A stretch of DNA of 64,000 nt from Dimorphilus gyrociliatus (taxonomy: Eukaryota; Animalia; Annelida). The DNA lies in assembly GCA_904063045.1 (NCBI GenBank), contig CAJFCJ010000019.1, positions 1,044,570 to 1,108,569 of the forward strand, written 5' to 3'. Below the pieces are notes generated by a model, which worked only from the letters and a program-made list of their open reading frames with translations, was not told the DNA's origin and searched no databases. A program made the translations under genes and the position numbers. Of the stretch, positions 50,001 through 61,700 are shown piece after piece. Numbering within the stretch: the first letter of the stretch is position 1; every line of letters starts with the position of its first letter.

Positions 50001-50249
50001 AGCTTGAAATCTTTTGCCGCGCATTACAATATAGCTGCACCCATGCGTGTTTCGTTGGAGTCAAACGGCAGCTATGTTGCTACTTTCCCGTCAATGGATG
50101 ATGCTGAAAGATTTATTTATCAAATAAACGGGATGTTTGGACATGTCGCTCAGCTCCTAAATGAAGACGCGAGGCACTATGCTCAAGACGGATGGTCAAC
50201 AGGAGGTGGGGGACGGCCTTGGAATAATGGAACTCCGTGGGGCCCGTGA
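47097..50249 (+). CDS. TNRC6: GW182/TNRC6 (gawky) miRISC effector, 3 coding exons, about 1009 aa
   Basis: Exons 47097-47285, 47357-49769, 49822-50249. GW/WG-repeat N-terminal region, UBA-like IQKLVEQGYSKEAAQNALISNN, Q-rich helix, PAM2 motif EFVPGKPW...PEED..ATP, C-terminal RRM-like domain and GW tail. Confidence 0.92.
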
Positions 50250-50480
50250 AGAAATCGTTTTAAAAACTTTACAAAGGAACGTTTGTTTGGTATAAGTTAA
50301 AAATTTCAAAAATATCAACGTATATTTATAGTACGGAAGTCTGTTTTATTGTTTAATTTTATCGCGAGCTAGGCCGTAGGAAGATAGTCTAGAGACGACC
50401 TTACTTTTTAACCCCTTGCACTTGAGAAATGGCAGGCAATAACTGATTTTAAGTATATTTGATGTACATATATACATGAT

Positions 50481-50511
<31 letters not shown>

Positions 50512-50551
50512 TTATACATGTGTATATATTAATATATATATATATATATAT
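50481..50551. repeat. AT-rich (TA)n near-palindromic tract between convergent TNRC6 and QPCT
   Basis: Two (TA)n runs flanking a short spacer. Confidence 0.85.
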
Positions 50552-50697
50552 TTCAACAAGTATATGGTTTTTGTATATGCTAAAATTATATATATTTTGT
50601 TAAGCAAATTTTGCCATAATTTTATTTTGCAGTCAAAAAGCTTTCCAGTCTTTCCCTTCTCATGAGCGACTTATATTGAAATATTGATTGCAATACT

Positions 50698-53309
50698 TTA
50701 GACTTTTACTCTTAAATGCAAATACTCAATGACAAACACTCTAAAAATACGATTTAAGTTCTCGATCGTTGGGTAGTGTAACGCAGTCTGATCATCGTCG
50801 GCTGTGTGCCATGACTTTGGGAAGGGTACAGCTATTAAGTGAAGTACAGATACACCTCGTTGATACCAGGGTACATGATCATCCTCAACTTTTCCGAAGT
50901 AAGGGGCATCGCGTCTGCTAAAGTAGTTTGGAGCTGGAGTAAGTAAACGAGAAGATGCTAGTTGATCGTTAATTTCTTGAAGAGCCTTGTAGTGTTTAGA
51001 AGTTTTGTCAGGAAAGAAGTTTGAGAATTGAGGATTCTTCTCTCCTATTAGGTCGAGCAGAATCAAAGCTTTCTGTAAATATACAAAGAAAATTGATTCC
51101 CTGTCATATGAAGCTATAAAATTGCAAAACTCCTACATCAAATAGACCGACAGCTATGAATTGATGGCAAATTTCAGGATATGACGTTGAAAATACCGTT
51201 AACGCCTACTCCCTTCTTTATATTGATTTTCCACGAAAAGTTTAGTAACCAGCGGCTTGAAGGGATTGTAAAATTATATTGGTCTACTCTCCAAGGAGTT
51301 CTAGATTCACCTTACTTAGCATTGACTGAGCCTACTTTACTCAACAGGCAGTCTCAAAACAAGAGACCTTTAAGATGCTTTGTAAGAAAGAAGATAAAAC
51401 TTACGATTGTATCGATCCTTCTTTTTTTTTTATTCCCCACCATTACAACTTCTTTGGCGAATTTTTCAGCAAGATGTCGTGAGCCATATATCGAATCCTT
51501 CTCGGTCCATTTAACAAACGCCTCCTCACCGTCGAAGAAAATGAATTGTAACGTGACGCCACGTTCCGTCAAATTAGAACTTTGCAGTAGTTTATTGAGC
51601 CGCGAAGCGAGATGTAAGAGCATAGCGCAAGGTACTGCCGAATCTGTTGCTCCTATAAATCGAAACTCATCAAAATATTTTGAGTCGTGGTGACAAGCCA
51701 TCGTGAGCGTTTCGGTGTTCTCGGCCGGGTAGGTCGCTATTATATTCTCGAATTCCCTATTCCCAAAAGGAGTCTTGTCAACAAATGTATCCAATTCAAT
51801 GTTCCATCCCAAAGATTTCATATGATCGTAAATATGCCTTCTTACGGCTTTGTTACCATCACTTCCAGCTACACGTTCTCTTAAGATCGGCTGTAACAAT
51901 CGAAAAAATTCAGCCTCATCCGAAAGCTCTTCAGCCACATATCTTAACTGCCTACTTTTAAGTGGTTTAAAAGTTCTGTTTTCCTGAAAAAAAATAATTT
52001 TATTTTTAACTTAACCAAATGACTAAAGATGTAAAACAATGTGTGTGACCTTAATATTCTCTATAAAAAAGGAGCCGACACGCTGATTTAACATACAATA
52101 CGTCATTTCCCTATCATAGCGACTCCTATTAGTATTTGCAAATATTTTGTCACCACATATAACACGATAGCATTATTTCATATCTTATTTAATAAGTAAT
52201 AAAAGCCGAAGATGTAGATGAAAGAAACATTCGCAACCTGCTTTAAAATCAACGGTCGTAGGACGAAAAAAGAAAAGAAAATTTTCTTAACGTTTGTTAT
52301 TATTAGAAAATCTTTAGCAGATGGCAACAAAGAAAAGAGAGAAAGAAAAATTTTCTTGATTAAAATACGATCTACTCGTATTAATAGTAACGTCAATACT
52401 TTAAATCGAAAACAAATTAATAATGCTTGACAAAGTTAGCCTCAAGCCACCTCCCTCCCTCCCCCTTTTTTTTCTTTTTCTCTCTTGTTCCAACTAATCG
52501 ATAAACAACTAAAATAAGTGAAAAAAACATTTGCCAAGTGAAATAAACCATAAACAATGAATAAGAAAAAATGAGTAAGGCTATATTTGTAACAATTAAA
52601 AAATGATTTTTATCGACCAATACGAAAAGAAACAAAGAAAAGGATAAACCAAGTTCTTTGTTAGGTATTCCCCGCCCCAATTTTCCCTTAAAACCTCAGT
52701 GAAAAAGAACTTCAATATGGAAAAACAGGAAAAAATAAATTAACGTTTTATACTACGGACACTTGATGCGAGCATCTTAAGAGTTTTTAATATCATTTTT
52801 CAGATGCTTCTTTTAAAGTAAGCGCTAAAGGGAGAATTTTAGCACGAAAGTATTATCAAATTTCTTAACAAGCACGGACTTAAAAAGGCAAAAACACAAA
52901 AAAATCAAATAACAATTAAAATAAAACTATCCTTCCTTTCTCTTAGCTCAACAAGACTCTCCAGTCTCTCTCTCTCTCTGTCTATGTCTTCTTCTTTCAA
53001 ACGAGAAAGTATAACGTTTCAAAGTGATATAGATTGCATAAATAAAGCGCTTTCTATATTCAATTTTCAAATAATAATTATTTAATTTTCTCTTTTTTGT
53101 TTCTGGTGTTAATTAATTTAAAAATTTATGTTTAGATTAAGAAAGGTTAATCATAATACTTCCGCTAAGGAATATAATACGAAATCATTAAAGGTGAGGA
53201 AAATTACCTGTAAAACTCTAGATATATATTCAAGCAGATCGAGATTACCAACCACATTATGAAAACAAACCAGAAACACAAGAGCGCTACTGAGTAAACC
53301 TCTAGTCAT
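50698..53309 (-). CDS. QPCT: Glutaminyl-peptide cyclotransferase, 3 exons, 351 aa
   Basis: Exons 53309-53208 (signal peptide MTRGLLSSALVFLVCF), 51983-51405, 51072-50698. ERVAGS, ACHHDSK, GATDSAVPC, FFDGEEAF, LLDLIG, EDDHVPW, WHTADD. Confidence 0.95.
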
Positions 53310-53336
53310 CGTAACACTGAGAGAATTCGAAGTTTT

Positions 53337-53467
53337 TACGTGACGTCACAATCCAGCAGAGTGCAGCCTAGTGGGCGCGCAATGTGAGCAATTTTTTCTT
53401 GTTAAAAGGTAAAATTAAAGAAATTCTGATTGGTTAGTTGCCAATTAAAACAATAGTTCTACACGTG
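53337..53467. promoter_or_regulatory. QPCT promoter motif cluster (CRE, CCAAT, E-box)
   Basis: TGACGTCA 53341-53348, ATTGG 53429-53433 and CACGTG 53462-53467, within 160 bp of the QPCT ATG. Confidence 0.4.
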
Positions 53468-54141
53468 ACTCCGTTAATTATGATTTCTACAATCAAAAAC
53501 AATTGCCATATGGAAACAATATGGATTCAATTACGTCAATAACGTAGGTGGTACAGGAAGAATGACAAAAAATTATCGAGATAATCCGTATGGCCGTGAT
53601 TCCGAGACGTTCTATTCGAGATACACCTCGTAAAATAATGTAAAAAGTACTATGTTTTTTATCTTGTTTCTCTGTCTGCGTAGAATAGTGTTGACAAACT
53701 GTTAGGCTAGTAGTAATTCAATGAGAGAGTGGATGTGAATACATAAGGCTCTAACTGTGACCGATGAGTAAGAATCTTTTTATATTTAGTAGGGAATTAT
53801 GCAGTACAAAACAAATTGTTGCCATTACAGATGCAATTTCCACATGATCTTTAATTTCTATATTTAGTTGTCTACTTATCACAGTTCAACGTCACCACAA
53901 CACTATCGATTTAGTAATTAACGTAATGATAAATGCAATTAGTGGTAATTGTACGGAATTATACGTGCCTTCAATCTAGGAGGTAGGTAGGTATAAGACG
54001 AATTTCTATCGTACTTATTGATTGCGCTCTTGTTTATGGGACGAACTCATTGACTATTTAATGCATTGTTCCCTACGAATCTTTCATCATTGAGCAAGAA
54101 AATAGTACTATTTACCAACCCATATAAACCAATTAATCATT

Positions 54142-54330
54142 TTATGAAAGAAATATAGCCACCTTTCCTTTAACTTTGACTTCAGAGTTTGAGCCCGTTG
54201 AATTCTTGAAGAAAAAGTACCAAATAATAAAAATGATAACAAGTGATCCTATTTTCTTGGTGGAACAATATTTGCCCAATTTATACTTGATAAAGTACCA
54301 TAAGCGATCTAAAATATTAAGTAAACTCAT
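54142..54330 (-). CDS. Candidate small single-pass membrane protein (about 60 aa), unknown family
   Basis: ATG ORF MSLLNILDRLWYFIKYKLGKYCSTKKIGSLVIIFIIWYFFFKNSTGSNSEVKVKGK..., with a hydrophobic stretch flanked by Lys. Promoter-like GGCGGT and TCAAGGTC lie 90-115 bp upstream. No homology recognised. Confidence 0.3.
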   Translation of the reverse strand: MSLLNILDRLWYFIKYKLGKYCSTKKIGSLVIIFIIWYFFFKNSTGSNSEVKVKGKVAIFLS

Positions 54331-54495
54331 TTCAATTATATTATATATTTTAGATGTATAAATATAATTATTATGTTAGTAATATATTACATTTAATTCT
54401 TCCTAACATATCTGAGCATTCAAGGTCTTGGTTCATAGGCGGTCTTTTTTTTATCTTTGGTTTCATATTGATATTATATCTTTAACTTATAGTAT

Positions 54496-55096
54496 TTATC
54501 TCAATTTGTCACCAGCTGCTTGTATATAATTTTTCAAAATAACTTTCAGGGTTGATGGAATCTCTAACTGATCTACGATGTGCTTCAAATGTTCGACGCA
54601 AATATTAATCCTTCCAATACACAAAGTTAAAAATATTGCCTGAACGCACAATCCAAAGAGAGGGAACACTGTAAAGTAAAAAAAAAACAAAAAAGTGTAC
54701 AGTGTCTTTGCTAATATAAAAAAAACGTTGATGTTAGATGTGGCATTAACCTGGTAAATGGATATCGATGTTAACTAAGGAGGCTGATGGTTTGTCTTGA
54801 TTAAGCGAATTGATTAGAAATATTTTTTTGTTATTTAATAATACAAATATCTTGTGAAAACTATCTACTGCAAACCAAGGATGCGTGCAGTATGTTGTTA
54901 TAGTACAAATTTTATTCGATGGAACTTCTCCATAGACTTGATAGTCTCCCTTGTAGTTGATCCAACACAAGGTAATTTTTCGTTTTGACTTATTGCGAAA
55001 TTTTGCCTGAAACTGTTGCAAGCAGTTTTCGGACTTATGTACACCGTAATTTTTTTCTAATGTGTATAATTGCTCTAAAGGTAAAGCTGACGGCAT
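54496..55096 (-). CDS. VHL: von Hippel-Lindau protein homolog, 2 exons, 172 aa
   Basis: Exons 55096-54751 and 54668-54496, 82-nt intron. Beta domain FRNKSKR...CWINYKG..QVY...TYCTHPW keeps the W/Y/H/W hydroxyproline-pocket residues (Thr at the Ser111 position); BC-box-like PLFGLCVQAI and cullin box LEIPSTL. Confidence 0.88.
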
Positions 55097-58000
55097 TCCG
55101 CGAACAGAAGGTTCGCACGAAATTTAGGAATGTTATTCTTGTCCTATCTGCAATTATATTACAAGTTAAGTTTTGATACTTCAAAACAATAAGCGCAAAA
55201 CTCTTAATTATTAATATACATATTCATAAAAAATCATTTTAATGATTCAAATGAAACTAACGAAGAATAACACCGGAATAGACAGCCACGTAGAAGAACC
55301 AGATTTTGAGAAGGGCTGTCTAAATATGAGTGTCAACACTGAAGAAGGAATGGAATTTGAATAATGCAAGAAAGCATTTCATACGCGAGTTTTACGTTAC
55401 GAAGTTTGCATAAGATACATATAATACGTCTTAAAATAATTTAATATAATACTAGTGAAGTACTCGCCTTCTTTAGATATACAAAATAAAATAAAGTTTC
55501 CTTAGCAATTCTAGCAAATATTCAAATATTAGGTTGCACTTTGAATTCTATAGTTAGTCTATTAGATTAAGAAATATTTACCCTTAAATAACTGTAAAAT
55601 GATAAATAATCTAAGATTCCTCCCCCAAACTTTGTCCATTTAGCACCGAAATTTTTTTTGAACATATTCTCAAACATCTCTGGAAAAACAACAATTATAT
55701 TCATATAGTTTCTAAAATGCTATAATCACATTCTAATCAATTGCATAACCCATATTTTAGCAAGAGTAACATTGGAGATTCTATAAAGTTGTCTTTTATT
55801 ATTTTTCAGTGCATCCACTTAACTTTCAAAATAGTCTTAAGAATTTGATTAAAACTAGATAACAGTGATTTCTTTATCAACTGATATAATTATATTAAGA
55901 TTTAAAATTTGAATAGAACCGTTATTGTTGTTTTTTTTTTATTACTATTTTCTTTTCTCTCCACACAACTTTATTAAGTTTAGCGTAACCTGAATATTTT
56001 TAACAAGTTTTTAATAAATAATAAAAAATGATAATAATGATAGTTGACTTTATCTTGCTAAGACAGAGGATTTATGCATATACAGCATTTTATATTGAAC
56101 AAAGGAGTGCGTTATATTTATTATTTTTAGATAATTGAATAAATGATTGTTCATTGTCGTTTACACTATTTGGAAAGTTGAGAGAAAAAATACATCGTTT
56201 CCCATGTACTTCCGGTTTTCTTTTAGATGGGAGTTTTCAATAATTTTGCTCAAGCTGAACGAGTACAATTGATAGCACCAGTTATTGGTTGGGGGCTAAT
56301 CAGGGGTATATAAACGAAAAAGTAATAAACTGAAAGCAATCTATTAAGTATAGATTTGACTGCATGCTAAAATAGTGTTTCATTCTATAAAACTTTTGTA
56401 TAGTACGTAAAATTTTCGGAAACTGTTTTTGATAGTTTCTATTAAAACTCTTTATAGTTATCAAGTATTTTTTTTATTCTATTAAATTCTTAGAAAGTTT
56501 TACAACTGTTATTATTCATATACAATAAATTTGCTGTGAATCGAAGTGACGCGCGTCTTATTATTGATCGGTTGCTTACCGGTTTGCAGGTGTTCATTGA
56601 CCGGTAAAGGAAAGCATCTTTGATGGTGAAGGTAGATATATTTTTATTTTCTCCTAGAAATAAATGTATTTTACTTTTATAATTAGTACTATCCTTAATT
56701 TAAGTTCCCTCTTTTCTAACTAGTACATTAATATTCGATGAAAATATTCAGGAAATTATTTAAGCAAACGTTACCTTTCACAAATGTTTGTCAATTAATT
56801 AATGTATACTATAGTATATAGGGTTTGTAGACAGTTTTAAATCAAATCAATTTCAATGGGATATTTTAAATGAATAAATAAAGGTATTGCATTTAAAAAA
56901 TTATTGTGGAAATTGTTACTAAATGGTGTTTTTCTACCTGACTTTCTGTATATATACTGAAGATAATATAATAATATACCGGTGTGGAATCTGACAGTTT
57001 GAGAGATAGATGGCGCTTTCGTTCCAGAATCTTTTAAAGCGTTCATGCTTAACTTTAGCTAAGTCGTCAAATAAGTGTGAAAATTCGACTATATATAGAG
57101 AATGTTGGCTGTACGCATTTGAGCTTAATAGGTGACTAGTGTTGAGGAAGAATGCAATGTAACAAAATCACGTAGCATTTGTGACGTCATTCCTTCAACG
57201 GTGTATTTAAACTTTTTAATCAATACTTATTCGCTTCGCTTTTGTGTGATATAATCAATGAAAAAGTGATAATCGAATAGATAGTAGCAGCTCCTATCAG
57301 TAGTAAAAGCGCCGTGTTGACATTTAATTTTTAAAAGCAATGATTTGCATGAAAAATTATGATTCCTCATTCACCTTATCTCTTTTAAATTATCGCTTCA
57401 AAATAAAAAAAAGAAGTAAAAATACACTTGTAATTGTGAACGTTCACGTTTTTAGCTTTTATACAACATGTAGGCTTATCAGTTGTATGATATTTTAAAA
57501 ATTTTCAAGTCGAAAGATATATATTTCTATAGATATTTATTTCTTTTTTTCCCCAAACCCTCCAACAAGTTGAAACGTATTTATAGGCTTTCCCGCGTTC
57601 TTCTCCTTTCGTTGCTTGTAGTTACCATACTACTCTTTTGGAATGCATGATTAAATCCCGGCTGAATAGATCAAGTGGCGTTGAATGAGTGGATTTGATA
57701 CGGCGCCGAAGTTAGGCCTATGTTGACTTAATATTGCTTACTTATAAGCCATACTTTAGTCGAACGTGATTCGCACATGTGCCAAGTTGGTGTTCATAAA
57801 ACCATTCAATTCAGTTGACTGCCAATGACTAGTATACTTTTCGATCCGGAACAGGTAATCGATAATCTATTTGATAGGATATAGGCCTTTGTATGTTAAA
57901 AAAAATTAATCGATATAGACAATAAAGTCGTACGTTTTTACGCGCAACGCCGCAGGAGACGCTCGTCCTCGGCGTCAGTATAGCAGTCACACGATAAGAG

Positions 58001-58204
58001 AAGAGAGGTGGCGCTGCGTAAAAATCGCTTTTTTTCAAATGGCTAGGTAATTTGCATAGCGTGGCTGTTGTTACACAGCATCATTTTCGTCTCGATGCCT
58101 GCACGCGCCGCTATGCCTGCTCAGGTATTGCGATGAGTATTTCTTAGTATTTTAGCTAATAGATGTTTTTCGTTTTTTTTTGTCTTCTTTCTATTTCGCT
58201 GCGC

Positions 58205-58270
58205 CATTTATATATACAGTATATATATATATATATATTTATATATGGAAAAAGATCTATATAATAATAT

Positions 58271-58309
<39 letters not shown>

Positions 58310-58310
58310 T
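58205..58310. repeat. Compound (TA)n microsatellite
   Basis: Two long TA runs upstream of the p53-family TAD exon. Confidence 0.85.
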
Positions 58311-58743
58311 TATAAGAAGATAGAAAGATGAAGAATGGAAAATATTAAGTGCATATATAGTATATGCACACATGAATGTATTATAATACATATCTCAATA
58401 AACGTATATAGATAGTTATATATGCTTGATTACAAATACATAGAAGAGCAATACTGTAGGTAAAAGTTTAATTTTATATACTGTATGTAATATATAAATT
58501 ACTTCTCCTTTGATATGAAAAGCTATAATCTAATAATGTGATGTATTAAATCTTTTAGCACTTTTTTTAGGACAATTTGGTTTTTTTTTTAATATAGTCT
58601 TGTCCAAAAAAGATACGACGCTATATAATTTATTGATCATCCTGATTGATTACTTCATATAACCTTAATAAGATACAATTTCTCTCTATTCCCAATTTCC
58701 TTTTTTAACTCCCCTCCTTCTTCCCTTTTTTCCTCATGTTTAG

Positions 58744-61700
58744 ATTATATTGGATGGAGAATCTTCAGCCTATTTTAACGGGTCTGTAATCGAACAGTTT
58801 AAGGGAGAATACATACCAAGCTCTTCGGCGACTGGACAAGACTTAGCTATAAAGATGGGTTCGAATGAGACAGCAACTTTTGAGTATTTATGGAAGAACA
58901 TGCGCGAAATAGCGGGACAAAGCAACGGGTGAGTACATTGTTTATCGCCGAACGTTTCTCTACATAATGTATAAACGTGCCATTCCGTACGAACAATTAA
59001 CGACAACGTTGTAATAAAGCCGAGGTCAGTAATCAAAAGGAAAGAGCGATCGATTTATTCCTATTATATACCATGTATGTATATATTATATCTACACATC
59101 TAACAATATATAGATATTCCACTAAGAACGCTTTTCCGATATCCGCACTCTTTTCATCCGTTTTGTGTAGAATTTTATCGAAACTTCCTGTCTGGCTTTA
59201 TTACCTGTTCAACTCGGGTTTCCTCTTCTAACTTACGGATTTAGTTAAGGTTTAGTGAGAGGGCAGGAAAATGGAAACCTATACATACTGTAAATGCAAA
59301 TTTTTAGGTTACAATATACGGTGGCCAGTGATCATTAGCGAATGGCATGTATGCGATTACGGTCAACCTATAAATAGTCGGATCGAATGGCCGCATAATT
59401 TCGTTTAATGTTGGCACAAGGCATTCCTGTATAAAGAGGTTACATAATATTACGTAAGTTTTATCATTCGAGCGCGTCTAAAATTACTCGCGCATCGACG
59501 CGCTTCAAGAATCAGTGAAGGATATTCGAATGCTAATCACATACATTCGGTAGATGTTGTTAAACTAGCATTAGGTGGAAAATTTATGGCTTGGCATTCC
59601 TTTATTTACTTAATCATTTATTCTTCTTTTTTTTTCCACACCCCAAATCTACATCCATTAAAGTCGAATTTATAAAAATAGGTCATTAAAAAAAGAAAAA
59701 AAGTAATAGCATAGATTTTTTAACAAGGGGGCTTAACTACAAAAAAAAGATAGACATCAAAATTGTATGAATTCTCTTCTTTTCCTTTTACAGAGGTCTA
59801 CTTCCCCAGCGAGACAATATTGACAGCGAATTATATGTTAATGAGACCGAATCGGCTGCAACGGGGACAAACGACATGGAGCGCTTCCAAATAAATAGTC
59901 AAGATAGTATGGCGGAATTCGTAAGTAGTGTGGAAAAGGCGTATATAATGTTTGCCTAACCTTAAACTTTTCGCGTAGTGCGAGCGAGAAAACGTGTGGC
60001 GTGTTTAAGTTTGGGATTTTCGAGTGTTTGTGTTATGCCCGTTATTCATTGTACGGCGTTTCGATTGATCTTTTCACCGAAAATATGTGCAATATTCGAT
60101 TTAGGAGCGGAACGCGTACTAGTAATGGACATTTAATAGAAATCACCACCCTAAGGGGAGGTTGGCAGCTTAGAGTGTCTTTATGAAAAAAAAATATGCG
60201 TACACGCATCGGCGTCCTATGCATATTTATTATTGTTATTTAATTATTAAGTAAAGAAAAATAAGAATTGAATGATAGTAAAAAAAAAAAGAAAACAGAG
60301 GCGACATTTATATAGGAAGAAAAATATGCTATCTGTAGGCATTTACTGAATAGCGGTTAGACGTAACCGTTTTGTAAATAATAGCACCTGCACTCTCGTT
60401 GTCCGGGCCCTCTCTTTTCACTACTCAACTATTCTTCTTTTCCTTTACTATTTCTTATAAAAACAAAAAGGTAGAAAGGCTGAATTGAATTTGGAAAAAT
60501 AGTACTGTACGCATGCGCCATTTCAGTATAGATTAGCATAATCAATGACTGATCAAAGCTACCTGTTAGGACCTGTTGTTGTCGCAGCTCCATAGTTGCG
60601 CAGCATTGTCTTATAGCTATTAGACATGGACGGGTTTGATTACTATAACCAAGAAGAGTCGCATATTTCCTGGCAACACGATTCTTCCCAGTCGCGTCTC
60701 TCATCGTCATCTGGCCCAAGGACTTTTATATTCACCAATCGTAAAGTAAGCGATTATAAGGATTAAAATAAAAAAAAAACTTTTTTTTTCCTTCTACTCT
60801 AACGGATTTCTCTCCGCTAAACTCTTTCGTTAGCTAATTTAAATTGCTATTAATTAGCTCGTACTTTTAAAAGGGATCACGATAAACATCTAAACCGGTT
60901 ATATAGAGCGATTTAAGAATTTGCCGATTTGTAGAAAAAGAGACGCCGCTTAGTCGCCGACATCCTACTTATCGTCTCCAATTTCGCTAATTGCCCTTGC
61001 CCCCGCTGCCACCGCCGCCGCCGCCGCCACTATTACCCCCCTCCGTACCTTTCTTAAACTCGGATTCAATAGGCGTCGCTCCTCTTTTTGAAACTATATA
61101 GCAATTCGACTCCCGCTGTAATTTGTTACGCATATGTTTTGTGGTCGGAGTGACGAAATACGACTTGACAATTACTCTTTTATTTGTGTTACTCTTTAAA
61201 TTGTTTGTGGAAAAAAAGCGCGATAAAGCTAGATCGTATACCGTATAGAGTTTGCCTTCATTTTTTTATATTATTTAATCCCCTCCCCCGTCCCCATACA
61301 CGCTTCCTCTTTCTCTCTCTTTCTTTCTATCTCTGTAAATTTGTATACACGCGTGTAGGTGTATGAGTGTACATGTGGGTGTGTGTGTGTATGTGTTTGT
61401 GTACGTTTGCGTATATATATATATATATGTAAAATTTACAGTATATACTGCATATCTATGTAATTTTTTATGTCTTTTTTAACCTTCATATGCATATATA
61501 CCACATATATATACATATATATATATATATACTGCCCTCATTCTTCACTTAATTAACAATCGCTCTACTGCATACATGCGTAAATAATTAGTTGAAATGA
61601 GGCGGTAAAGCGTATATAAATTCTTATACACAATAGTTTTTATTCCTATCTATTTTAGTTACACCCCAGTCATCCACCCCCCCACTACTTTTCAGATATT

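Noticed and set aside
49770-50101. C-terminal part of the 912-aa ORF (KTKIGSS...FPVNG)
   Set aside because: Read-through of a 52-nt intron; the real frame switches to the RRM-containing frame at 49822.
51181-51693. 170-aa plus-strand ORF
   Set aside because: Mostly antisense to QPCT exon 2, with no domain signature.
58858-58868. GGTTCGAAT tRNA T-loop-like motif
   Set aside because: Lies inside a coding exon, with no cloverleaf or A box.
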